From positions 1 to 55,892 of the forward strand of contig JAADFN010000032.1 in assembly GCA_013152895.1 (NCBI GenBank): a DNA stretch of 55,892 bases. Reading direction: 5' to 3'. The position numbers were made by a program, and so were the translations under genes. Shown piece by piece: positions 10,157 to 18,613 of this stretch (within the stretch, counting starts at the first letter, position 1; every line of letters starts with the position of its first letter). Under the pieces are notes generated by a model, which was not told the DNA's origin, made no database searches, and was given only the letters and a program-made list of their open reading frames with translations. Origin of the DNA: Acidobacteriota bacterium. Its GTDB lineage: Bacteria; Acidobacteriota; Thermoanaerobaculia; Thermoanaerobaculales; Sulfomarinibacteraceae.

Positions 10157-10203
10157 AGTGGAATCATCCCCAACTCGCGGGCGGGGCTGTGGAACAATCC
10201 CCA
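10157..10203. promoter_or_regulatory. Paired 16-bp dyad sites (putative sigma54-activator enhancer), pair 1
   Basis: AGTGGAATCATCCCCA (10157-10172) and TGTGGAACAATCCCCA (10188-10203), 31-bp period, ~75-120 bp upstream of a sigma54 motif. Confidence 0.7.
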
Positions 10204-10277
10204 CACACCACCCCTGGTGCAGCTGCACAATCCAGCGTTGCCGGCGCCGTTGCGGCTTTCACAACCTTGAAGACGGT

Positions 10278-10293
10278 TGGCACGGTTCTTGTA
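10278..10293 (+). promoter_or_regulatory. Putative sigma54 (-24/-12) promoter
   Basis: TGGCACGGTTCTTGTA; consensus TGGCACG-N4-TTGC with one mismatch at -12. Confidence 0.65.
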
Positions 10294-10355
10294 TTTCTAA
10301 TGAACGCTGTGTGGGTGCGAGCACTGAACATCCGAAAACCGGGGAGGTGAGAACA

Positions 10356-11084
10356 TTGTCACATTCCAGAGCGAGGCATCTGGTTCCGGTCCGGCTGGTA
10401 GGGATTCTTGGGGCGCTCGTTGTCGTGGCATCCGCCGGCGTCGTCATCGGTGCCAGCATCATCGGTTCAAAACACGATCTCTCCACGACGGGTGGCGACC
10501 CATACTCCGACCGGGTCTGCGTTTTCTGCCACACTCCTCACCACGCCAACGACACCCTGCCCATTCAGGCGCCGTTGTGGAACCGGTTCATCGACACCAA
10601 CGAGACCTTTACCGTGTACACAAGCCCGACCATGGACACCACTCCGGGCAATCCAAATACGACGGTTTCCATGCTGTGCCTCGGCTGCCACGACGGGACC
10701 AATGGCACGGCGGTGGTCAACGGCATCACCGGGAGCACCAAGCACGACCTGATCAATGCGCCCGGCCCGGGGGGGATCCCGGACACGACGTCGGAGCCCA
10801 ACTGTCGGCGCTGTCACGGCCAGATGTACGGCGACCCGCCGGCGGTCTGGCAGGGAACGGATCTTTCCAACGACCATCCTATCGCCATGACCTACCCCAC
10901 CTCGGCGCAGGATCCAATGTTCAACACGCCGCCAGATCTCAATACCGGATGGGCTCTGGTTCCCCTCTACAACGGGAAGGTGGAGTGTCCGACCTGCCAC
11001 GATGTCCACAATCCGGCCAATACGCCTTTCCTCCGCATGCCGAACGATGGCAGTCAGCTCTGTGTCACCTGCCACATCAAGTGA
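10356..11084 (+). CDS. OmcE-like multiheme cytochrome c, pentaheme variant
   Basis: Signal peptide, SKHDLS, CVFCHTPH, PLWNR, CLGCHDG, extra CRRCH, GTDLSNDHP, ECPTCH, PFLR, GSQLCVTCHIK; TTG start 8 nt after GGAGG. Confidence 0.85.
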   Translation: MSHSRARHLVPVRLVGILGALVVVASAGVVIGASIIGSKHDLSTTGGDPYSDRVCVFCHTPHHANDTLPIQAPLWNRFIDTNETFTVYTSPTMDTTPGNPNTTVSMLCLGCHDGTNGTAVVNGITGSTKHDLINAPGPGGIPDTTSEPNCRRCHGQMYGDPPAVWQGTDLSNDHPIAMTYPTSAQDPMFNTPPDLNTGWALVPLYNGKVECPTCHDVHNPANTPFLRMPNDGSQLCVTCHIK

Positions 11085-12249
11085 TGATCTCGCGAAGCGG
11101 CTGGGCGGCGGGAAAGAGGTGCGCGACGCCAACGGTTGTTACCGTGAGGGTGAGCGCCTCTGCTATCCGCGGATCGAACTGGCTGCCCGCGCACGCCTCG
11201 ATCTCGGCCAGCGCTTCCTCGATCGTGCGACCCATCCGGTACGGCCGCGGCATCAGCATGGCGTCCAGGGCATCGGCCACCGCGATGATTCGGCTGTGAA
11301 GCGGAATCTCCTCGCCCCGCAGGCCGTCCGGATAGCCGCCGCCGCCGAAGCGCTCGTGGTGTCCCCGCACCACCGGCGCAAGGTCCGAAACCAGCGGGAT
11401 TTCCTCGAGCATCTCTGCTCCCACGACGGGATGTTGCTGGATCCGCAATCGTTCCGCCGCATCCAACGGCCCTGGCTTGCCGAGCACGCTCTCGGGGACA
11501 CCGATCTTGCCGATGTCATGAAGTGATGCGGCAACTTCCAGGCGCTCCAGGGGCGGGCGTTCGATTCCGAGTGTGCGCCCGATGTGGTGACACATATGTG
11601 CGACTCTCGCGGAGTGTCCCCGCGTCACGGCGTCCTTGGCCTCGAGCGCCGTGGCGAGCCCACGGATGATTCCCAGGTAGTTTCGCGCCTCCGCCTCACG
11701 GTAACGCCGGCAGCGCAGGCCCAGGGCCAGGTTCGTCGCGAGCGCCTCGATCACCAGCAAGTCCTCGGCCGCGAAAGCGTTGACCTCGGGGCTTGCCAGC
11801 GTCAGCACGCCAAGAAGCTCACCGTCGTGTTCGATGGGTACGCTGGCCGCGGACAGGCGACGGTACCCGAGAACCGACACCGGGCCGAAACGGCCGTCGG
11901 CCTCCACGTCGTTGACGACGACCATCTGGCGGGTGGTGGCCACCCATCCGGACAGCCCCTCGTGCAACCCGATGGTCGGCACATCGGGGAAGCACCCCGA
12001 AAGTCCCTGGCTCGCCATGAGCTCGAGAGCATTCCCCCCTGGCCTGAGTATGAAGAGCAGGCCAACGGGGCAGCCGATCTGAATGCAGGAGCTGGCAAGC
12101 GCCCGTTCGTAGGCCCTCGCCCCTTGCTCCAGGAGATGGTGGCCGGCCACGACCACCGAACGAAGCCGCCCGAGGGCGGTGCCGGTCGGTGCGTCTTCCT
12201 CCGGCGTTACAGCATTCCAAAACGCCTCGGCCTGCGAACTTTTTCCCAC
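11077..12249 (-). CDS. GAF + HD-GYP cyclic-dinucleotide phosphodiesterase
   Basis: GAF (GLSGWVA..VVNDVEADGRF), GHSARVA, LHDIGKIG, HHERFGGGGYPDGL, IIAVADALDAM; GTG start after GGAGGGGAG. Confidence 0.9.
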   Translation of the reverse strand: MGKSSQAEAFWNAVTPEEDAPTGTALGRLRSVVVAGHHLLEQGARAYERALASSCIQIGCPVGLLFILRPGGNALELMASQGLSGCFPDVPTIGLHEGLSGWVATTRQMVVVNDVEADGRFGPVSVLGYRRLSAASVPIEHDGELLGVLTLASPEVNAFAAEDLLVIEALATNLALGLRCRRYREAEARNYLGIIRGLATALEAKDAVTRGHSARVAHMCHHIGRTLGIERPPLERLEVAASLHDIGKIGVPESVLGKPGPLDAAERLRIQQHPVVGAEMLEEIPLVSDLAPVVRGHHERFGGGGYPDGLRGEEIPLHSRIIAVADALDAMLMPRPYRMGRTIEEALAEIEACAGSQFDPRIAEALTLTVTTVGVAHLFPAAQPLREIIT

Positions 12250-12332
12250 TACTCCCCTCCCGGGTGGTTGAAGATCCGCAGATGCGCCCTGTCTCCACCC
12301 TGTCTCCACGTCATAGCAGGAATCATGCCGGG

Positions 12333-15161
12333 TCAATGGCAACCACTCACCGTCGCACAGGAGAACCTCCTGTAATTCCGGCTGTTCGAGATGCTCCAGG
12401 AGTTAATCCGCGCCGTGTTCCCCCCGGCGTTGTAAGGGGCCGGATCGGACGTCAGGACGATGAGCGCCTTGCGGTGCCAGCCGTGGGGTACCGCGGAGTG
12501 ACACCACGCGCACTTGAAGGTATTGGGAAACGCCGCGGAGTGGGTCCCGTGCAGGTTGATATACCCTCCCATCCACCGGGAGAAACCGGTCTGGCCGGTG
12601 CTGCTGCTCTTTCCGGCATAGGTCTTGTAATCGTGACACTCGAAGCACAGGCCGTTGGGAGTGTTGATCCCGCTGCTCGCATCCCAGGGCTTTTTGAGCA
12701 CCGGTGCGTTCGCCGAACCGTGCGGGCCCTGGACGCCCGAAGAATCGTCGTTCCCGTGGCAGTCGGAGCACACCATGGGCGAGCTCTTGGTCCATGGCGA
12801 GCCCGCGACAAAGGTCATGTAACGGCTCGTGCTGTTGGTACGCGGCGTGTTGTTGGCCGTGGTCCAGTCAGGGGGTTGCGTCGCCGTCTGGTCAGTCATG
12901 ACCCAGTGGTAGGCGTCGTTATTGACGTTGAACTCCAGCGCCTGGTCGGTTTCGCCCGTCGGCAGCGAGGTTCCATAGGCAAAGGAGCTGTGGCACTTCA
13001 AGCAGATCTGGTACTCCGCCGACGCGGCCGCCGGGTGCGAGGTGAAATTCGCGGAGGTGAAAACGGACCACTCGTTTGGAAGAGAGGCCACGCCGACCCC
13101 CGTGGCGCCCGTCAGGGCTCCGGCCAGACCCGCCGAAGCCGGAGTGTGCAGGCCGGCCTGCGCCCGGTGCGTGTCGTGGCAGTCGAGGCAATTGACGTGC
13201 CGGTTCGCCCCGGAGAAGGTCCCGTCGTTGAAGGTCGCCCCTTCCTCGGCCACGGTATTGTGGACGGAATCGGCCTCCACCGGGTGGCTCGATGCCTTGG
13301 CGATCACGGTCGCCACGTCCTTCCCCGAAAGGTTGACTCCCGTGGTCCCGTTTCCGTGACAGTTGTAACAGATGAAGTCGGAGGCGTTTCCTGCTGGGTT
13401 GATCGATCCCGAAAGTAGATCTGGATAGTCGGAGAAGTGGACGGCCCCGAACGGGCTGGAAGAGGCATCCGGTCTGCCGTCGCCACGATCCGCGTGGCAC
13501 TTGGTGCAGTTGCGTTTGAACGTGGAGCCGTCGTGAATCGTGTAGGTCCACGTACCGTAGGCGTTGGAAGTGTAGTTGTGGGCCGAGGCGCTGAAGGCCG
13601 TCTTGTCGATGGTAGGCCTCCCCGAAGCCACGGCGTTCTTGTGGCAGGAGACGCACATCCCGCCGTTGGCTTGGCTGGCGTCAAAATCCGTCTGGGCAGG
13701 CGTCCCGGAGATGATCTCGCCGTTGACGTTCCGGCCCACCGCCCGGCTCGCCTGGGTCGAGGCATCCTGATGGACGTTGTAGTTGTGTGTGGTTCCACCG
13801 GGCGTGTTGTGCACGTGATCCGGGTGGCACATGTTGACGCAGGAACGATCGGCGGGCGCCACCGCCGAGAGCGGCGCCGTCCAGGCGACACCGCTGTCTG
13901 TGAAGCTGTCGTTGACACCCAGCACGGAGCCAATGGAATGCCGGCTGGTCTTGGCCGTCGTGCCATTCATGCCCTCCCAGATCGTCGCGTGGCACCCTGC
14001 GCAGTTTGTGCCGCCCTTGCTCTCCGTGGCTGCGAAGCCCCGATTGTGGGGATGGCAGTTGACGCAGCGCGTGCCAGCATTGTGGGTGTGATTGCCACTG
14101 GCGTTGTTCCGGTGGTACTTGGTTCGTGTATGACAGGCTTCGCAAATGCCGTCATCGTAAGGAGCCGGCGTCGGAGAGGTGACCCCGAGGTAGCTCCGGT
14201 TCGGATTCGTTCCCCCGGTCCTGTCGTCCTCCCAGAACGTGATGTCCTTGGGACCGCTCGAGGGCGTCTCGATCGTTCCCCGGATCAGGTAGATGTTGAG
14301 CGTCCTGTGGGGCGTATGGCAGGTGAGACAGTCCACGGCCCAGTTGCCGTACTTGGTCCCCGTGAATTGGCTCGAATGGGTCGCCAGGTTGTGGCAGTCC
14401 ACGCAGAGCTCGGAGCCATTCGTACGCCGGAGGAGCTGCCCGCTGCCCGCCGGCCGCGTCCCATTGTTTCTCACCGAGACGCCCCGGACCGCGCGGGCGA
14501 CGTTGCCCGCTGCATCGGTGACCTCGACGGTGATCTCGTGCCAACCCCGCGCCAGGGCCGTCAGGTCAACGTTGAACTCCCATACCGAGCAGTTGGTTCC
14601 GCAGTCGTAGTTGGAGTTGACGGTCGCCGTCGTCGATGGTGCTCCCCCATCCACGTACCAGGCGAGCGGCGTGGCCGCAAGACCCCCCTCATCCCACACC
14701 TGGACCTTGACCCGCTCCGTGCCGCCGACCACCGCCCCCTGCGCGGGCACGAGGATGAGGACCGTCGGCGCGACGGTGTCCGCGCCACACGAGGGAAGGG
14801 TGAACGGCCCCAGCACCTCGGGGTTCGAACCGGAGACACCATCGGGATCGCTGAATGTCACGCGTACCCAGTAGCTCTGGCCCGCGGTCAGGCCGGGAAC
14901 CAGACACTGGCGCGGAGAGCCGCCGGAAAGTGCGCTACAGGCCACCGTTCCGGGCCAGCTATTCGCCGTGTTGTACTCCACCTGCGTGGCGCCATCACCG
15001 TTGTCGTCTCCCGTGAATCTGGACGTCACCGTCAACTCCGAGCAGGAAGACACCAGAACGTCGGACCCGACGACAACCGTATTGTTGCCAGCGAACGCGA
15101 TCATGGGAACAGCCAGGATCATGGCGAGGAACGGTCCCGTCAACGTACGTCGAAGCATCAT
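12333..15161 (-). CDS. Large secreted multiheme cytochrome c (13 CXXCH + CX3CH + CX5CH) with N-terminal FN3/Ig-like domains
   Basis: Signal peptide; DTVAPTVLI..P, GWHEITVEVTDAAGN (Ig-like); manual motif count; ATGA overlap with the upstream ORF stop. Confidence 0.9.
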   Translation of the reverse strand: MMLRRTLTGPFLAMILAVPMIAFAGNNTVVVGSDVLVSSCSELTVTSRFTGDDNGDGATQVEYNTANSWPGTVACSALSGGSPRQCLVPGLTAGQSYWVRVTFSDPDGVSGSNPEVLGPFTLPSCGADTVAPTVLILVPAQGAVVGGTERVKVQVWDEGGLAATPLAWYVDGGAPSTTATVNSNYDCGTNCSVWEFNVDLTALARGWHEITVEVTDAAGNVARAVRGVSVRNNGTRPAGSGQLLRRTNGSELCVDCHNLATHSSQFTGTKYGNWAVDCLTCHTPHRTLNIYLIRGTIETPSSGPKDITFWEDDRTGGTNPNRSYLGVTSPTPAPYDDGICEACHTRTKYHRNNASGNHTHNAGTRCVNCHPHNRGFAATESKGGTNCAGCHATIWEGMNGTTAKTSRHSIGSVLGVNDSFTDSGVAWTAPLSAVAPADRSCVNMCHPDHVHNTPGGTTHNYNVHQDASTQASRAVGRNVNGEIISGTPAQTDFDASQANGGMCVSCHKNAVASGRPTIDKTAFSASAHNYTSNAYGTWTYTIHDGSTFKRNCTKCHADRGDGRPDASSSPFGAVHFSDYPDLLSGSINPAGNASDFICYNCHGNGTTGVNLSGKDVATVIAKASSHPVEADSVHNTVAEEGATFNDGTFSGANRHVNCLDCHDTHRAQAGLHTPASAGLAGALTGATGVGVASLPNEWSVFTSANFTSHPAAASAEYQICLKCHSSFAYGTSLPTGETDQALEFNVNNDAYHWVMTDQTATQPPDWTTANNTPRTNSTSRYMTFVAGSPWTKSSPMVCSDCHGNDDSSGVQGPHGSANAPVLKKPWDASSGINTPNGLCFECHDYKTYAGKSSSTGQTGFSRWMGGYINLHGTHSAAFPNTFKCAWCHSAVPHGWHRKALIVLTSDPAPYNAGGNTARINSWSISNSRNYRRFSCATVSGCH

Positions 15162-18100
15162 GGCCCGTCCTCCGTGAAGGTATTGCTGTCGGCGTAATGA
15201 ACCCCGTGGCACGTCAGGCACTGGACACGGCCCCCGGCATCCAGGCGAAGGTTATCGGAGCTCACACCGTCCCCTCCGCCTCCCCCCTGGACGGCGCCGT
15301 TCCCGTCGAGGGGCACCGAGCGGTCGTATCCCCGCCCGTTGGCATTGAGGGCCACGCCGACCGGATGACTCTTCCATTTCCAGTCGAAGACCTCAACCTC
15401 GTTGTAATCCATGGTCCAGAGGGAATGACAGTCACGACAGAACTTGTCGCCGCTGGTATTGTCGCCCTGATCCAGGGGCGCGCGGAGGAAGGGATACGAC
15501 GCCGAAAACCGCCAGCGCTCTCCCAGGACGAAGGTCCCACCGGAGAAGGTTACCGTCAGGCCGTTGTCCAGGGGGACGCCGGTGCCGATGTCCGCTTCAC
15601 CGGCCCAGGTGGAGCCGCCGTCCTTGGAGTACCGAAAGTGGGCATTGGCGATGGTGATCTCGATCAGGTAGGACGAGCCCCCCGCACCGGTGTACGTCCC
15701 GCCCACGGTAACCTGCCCCGTACTGCCCAGGGAGGTGATGCGTTCCGGCGGTGACACGCGGAGTTGGCCGCGGTTGCTGGCCCTGGCCTTGTGCTGATCG
15801 TGGCATGTGGAGCAGACGACGTTGCCATTCATGATCCGTTTGACCATCTCGGGATTTGTTGGCATCTGGGCGCCCCACTGGGACGCATCGACCGGAACAT
15901 CGAAACGGTGCGTCGTTCCCGCCTGGCCCGGCACGGCCCTGTCCGACGAGTTGATGGGCAGAGCGGACGCAAGCCCGCCGGGGCTGTGACATGACTGACA
16001 GAGGTTAACGTTCCCGGCCGAGGTCGTCAGCGAGCCGCCCGCCGCATGGTGCCCCGTGTGGCATGAGGCGCAGTCGATGCCGAAGTACCAGTGAGGCGGG
16101 TCCACGGCCTGGACGGTCGCGGTCCCGGCGAGAAAGACGCCGATGAACACCAAGACCAGCGTGCGGCGCCGGAGAGCTGCCCACCCGGCAAGAGCGAGCA
16201 GCATCGCCATGAGGGCAAGGCCCCAGGGACCCACGGTGGGGATGCTTGCCGCCTGTCCGCCTTCGCCCGAGAGCGTGGCCGTCACCGGACCACCGGACGA
16301 CGTGCTCTCGACGGTCAGAGTCGCTTCCATGTGGCCCGTGGCATCCGGTGAGAACCGGACCTCCAGGGTGCAGGACTCCCCCGGCCCGATGGTGGCGCCG
16401 GTACACGGGTCGGCGACGAGAACGAACTGGGCGGCGTCCTCACCACCGATCTGAACGCTCGTCACGTCCAGAAAACCACCGCCGGCGTTGGAGAGCGTCA
16501 GGGTCCCCGGACCGCTGCTGTGACCCACAGCTACCGTTCCGAAATCCAGGCTGCCTGGCGACAGCTGCGCCAGGGCCGCGGGCGCCGCGATACCCCTCGC
16601 CTGAAGCGCGACCGTCTGGGAACCCTCTCCGCTGCACTGGAAGCTCAGGTCTCCCGCCACCCGGCCGGACCGGACCGGATCGAAAACAACCGTGGCGGTG
16701 CAGCTTTCACCGGGCGCAAGTCCATCGCCGCAGGTGGTCTGCGTCTCGAAGGCGGCGGGCCAATGGATACCGTAGATCCCCACGGGGACAGGACCCGTAT
16801 TGGTCAACTTGACAACGCGGGGTTCGCTCGTCTGTCCCACGGTGACATCTCCAAAGTCAAGAAGCGCCGGACTGGCTTCGGCCTGGGGAACCTCGGCTTC
16901 GGTGCCATCGAGCCGGAAGATCTGGACGCTGGAGGAATTGACAGAAGCTATCGCGAGACGTGGCGGGTTCTCCAGCACGGCAAGCCCCATGGGAGTGTGA
17001 AAACGCCCGGACTCGTCCCCGTACGTCCCCAGGCTTTCCCGGAAGCTGCCGTCGGCGTTGAAGGTCTGGATCCAGCTCTGGAAGGCGTCGGAAACGTACA
17101 GCACGTTCCCCGGTCCCACGGCGACACCGGCGGCCCGCGTCAGCTCTCCTTGACCATTGCCGAGGGAAGAAATGCTCTTGAGAAAGTTCCCCGCAGGATC
17201 GAAAACGAGGACCTGGCCGAGCACGGCGTCAGCCACCAGAACCTCTCCCGCGGGCGACCAGGCCAGCGCCACCGGTTCGCGAAATTCGCCGGAATTCTTC
17301 CCGCGCCGGCCGAAGGTGGCGGTAACGGTGCCCGACCCGTCGAAGGAAACCACCCGGCCAGTGGCGCCGTACAGGACCCAGATCCGATGGCCGGCCTGGT
17401 CGATCGCCACGTCGGTGACGGGACCGAGGGGAGCCCCAGGATCGAGACTACTCAGGATGCTGCCCGTGGCGGACAGCAGAAGCAGTCCTGTCCGGGTTCC
17501 CACCACGAGCCGGCCGAGCCAGTCCCCGGCCACGGAGGTGACGCCAGGGACCCGAACGGTTCCCAGAAACTCGCCCGTAACCGGGTTCACGAAATCCAGC
17601 CCGTCCACGGCCGCATCTGTCACCGCAAGGTCGCCCCACTCGTTGACACCGACGTCGAACGGAGCGGCCAGACCGCTGTCCAACGCCGTCTCCGCTACGG
17701 CGTTCGAGATGGTGAAATCCAACGTCTTGGAGGAGCTGTTGCCGCTTGGATCGCTGGCGGTGCACGTGACGGTTTCCCGTCCCGGAGCGGCCGGCGCGTG
17801 ATACGTGGCGGCGCCGCCGGAGCCGGGCGACACCGTGCCAAGGGCCGCAGACCAGCTGAAGGTAACGGGATCCCCCTGCGGATCTACCGCAGTCGCCTGC
17901 AACTGGGCGTTGCCGTCGACCAGAACCGGGTCATGGTCGACGGTCAGCGAGGTGATCACCGGCTCCTGGCCGGCGGTTGCGCTCACCTTGATCACGACCT
18001 GGGCGCTGGTGGTCTGACGGCCCCCGCACAAGGAGGTTCCGCTGTCAGCGAGTGTGATCGTCACGGTGACCGTTCCCTCCGTGGACGGCGCCCTCCAGAC

Positions 18101-18436
18101 GGCCGAGGCGGAGTATGGCGAGCCGCTGACCCCGTTGTCGATACTGTCGAAGGAGCCGAGGGATGCGTCCCACTGGGTCAAGTCCGCCCGGATGACCTGG
18201 CCACACCCGGTGGTGCAGGTGCCGGGACAATCGGGATCGTGGGCATCGACGGCGAGCGATACGGTTTCACCGGGTTTCACAACGGATGGCGTGGCCGTGA
18301 AGGTATCAATCACCGGTTCGGCCGCTGGGAGGACGGTCGCTCCGGCCACCATCAGCGCTCCGGCAAGCAGAATGCGAAGATGGGGAATAATCCCCAAATC
18401 TCCGCCCTTACCGGTGATGATTCCCCAGCATTCCAC
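15158..18436 (-). CDS. Composite surface protein: Ig-like + NHL propeller + two ASH/choice-of-anchor-D-like domains + internal IPTL-CTERM + second signal peptide + pentaheme cytochrome c
   Basis: NHL blades (GEFREPVALA, GRFHTPMGLAV), LDFGDVTVG..L.NTG repeats, IPTVGPWGLALMAMLLALAGWAALRRR, then CASCH, CQSCH, CSTCH, CRDCH, CLTCH; GTG start after GGAGGGAGGG (start uncertain). Confidence 0.85.
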   Translation of the reverse strand: MECWGIITGKGGDLGIIPHLRILLAGALMVAGATVLPAAEPVIDTFTATPSVVKPGETVSLAVDAHDPDCPGTCTTGCGQVIRADLTQWDASLGSFDSIDNGVSGSPYSASAVWRAPSTEGTVTVTITLADSGTSLCGGRQTTSAQVVIKVSATAGQEPVITSLTVDHDPVLVDGNAQLQATAVDPQGDPVTFSWSAALGTVSPGSGGAATYHAPAAPGRETVTCTASDPSGNSSSKTLDFTISNAVAETALDSGLAAPFDVGVNEWGDLAVTDAAVDGLDFVNPVTGEFLGTVRVPGVTSVAGDWLGRLVVGTRTGLLLLSATGSILSSLDPGAPLGPVTDVAIDQAGHRIWVLYGATGRVVSFDGSGTVTATFGRRGKNSGEFREPVALAWSPAGEVLVADAVLGQVLVFDPAGNFLKSISSLGNGQGELTRAAGVAVGPGNVLYVSDAFQSWIQTFNADGSFRESLGTYGDESGRFHTPMGLAVLENPPRLAIASVNSSSVQIFRLDGTEAEVPQAEASPALLDFGDVTVGQTSEPRVVKLTNTGPVPVGIYGIHWPAAFETQTTCGDGLAPGESCTATVVFDPVRSGRVAGDLSFQCSGEGSQTVALQARGIAAPAALAQLSPGSLDFGTVAVGHSSGPGTLTLSNAGGGFLDVTSVQIGGEDAAQFVLVADPCTGATIGPGESCTLEVRFSPDATGHMEATLTVESTSSGGPVTATLSGEGGQAASIPTVGPWGLALMAMLLALAGWAALRRRTLVLVFIGVFLAGTATVQAVDPPHWYFGIDCASCHTGHHAAGGSLTTSAGNVNLCQSCHSPGGLASALPINSSDRAVPGQAGTTHRFDVPVDASQWGAQMPTNPEMVKRIMNGNVVCSTCHDQHKARASNRGQLRVSPPERITSLGSTGQVTVGGTYTGAGGSSYLIEITIANAHFRYSKDGGSTWAGEADIGTGVPLDNGLTVTFSGGTFVLGERWRFSASYPFLRAPLDQGDNTSGDKFCRDCHSLWTMDYNEVEVFDWKWKSHPVGVALNANGRGYDRSVPLDGNGAVQGGGGGDGVSSDNLRLDAGGRVQCLTCHGVHYADSNTFTEDGP
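18381..18427. promoter_or_regulatory. Paired 16-bp dyad sites, pair 2
   Basis: TGGGGAATAATCCCCA (18381-18396) and CGGTGATGATTCCCCA (18412-18427), 31-bp period, near the divergent promoter region. Confidence 0.65.
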
Positions 18437-18465
18437 GATTCGTTCCCTCCCTCCAAATATACCTG

Positions 18466-18481
18466 AGCAAGAACCATTCCG
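18466..18481 (-). promoter_or_regulatory. Putative sigma54 promoter for the leftward cytochrome operon
   Basis: Minus strand CGGAATGGTTCTTGCT, GG-N10-GC with TTGC, 30 bp before the GTG start. Confidence 0.55.
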
Positions 18482-18613
18482 CCAACGGGGCTTCGCGCGG
18501 TGGCGGCGCCAAGAAGGCGCGAGATCGTCTCGCCCCTGAGAACACGCCTCGTTCATGTACCGCAAAGACCACGTGAGCTGCGATACAATCAACGCGCCGG
18601 GGAGGGTCCACGA

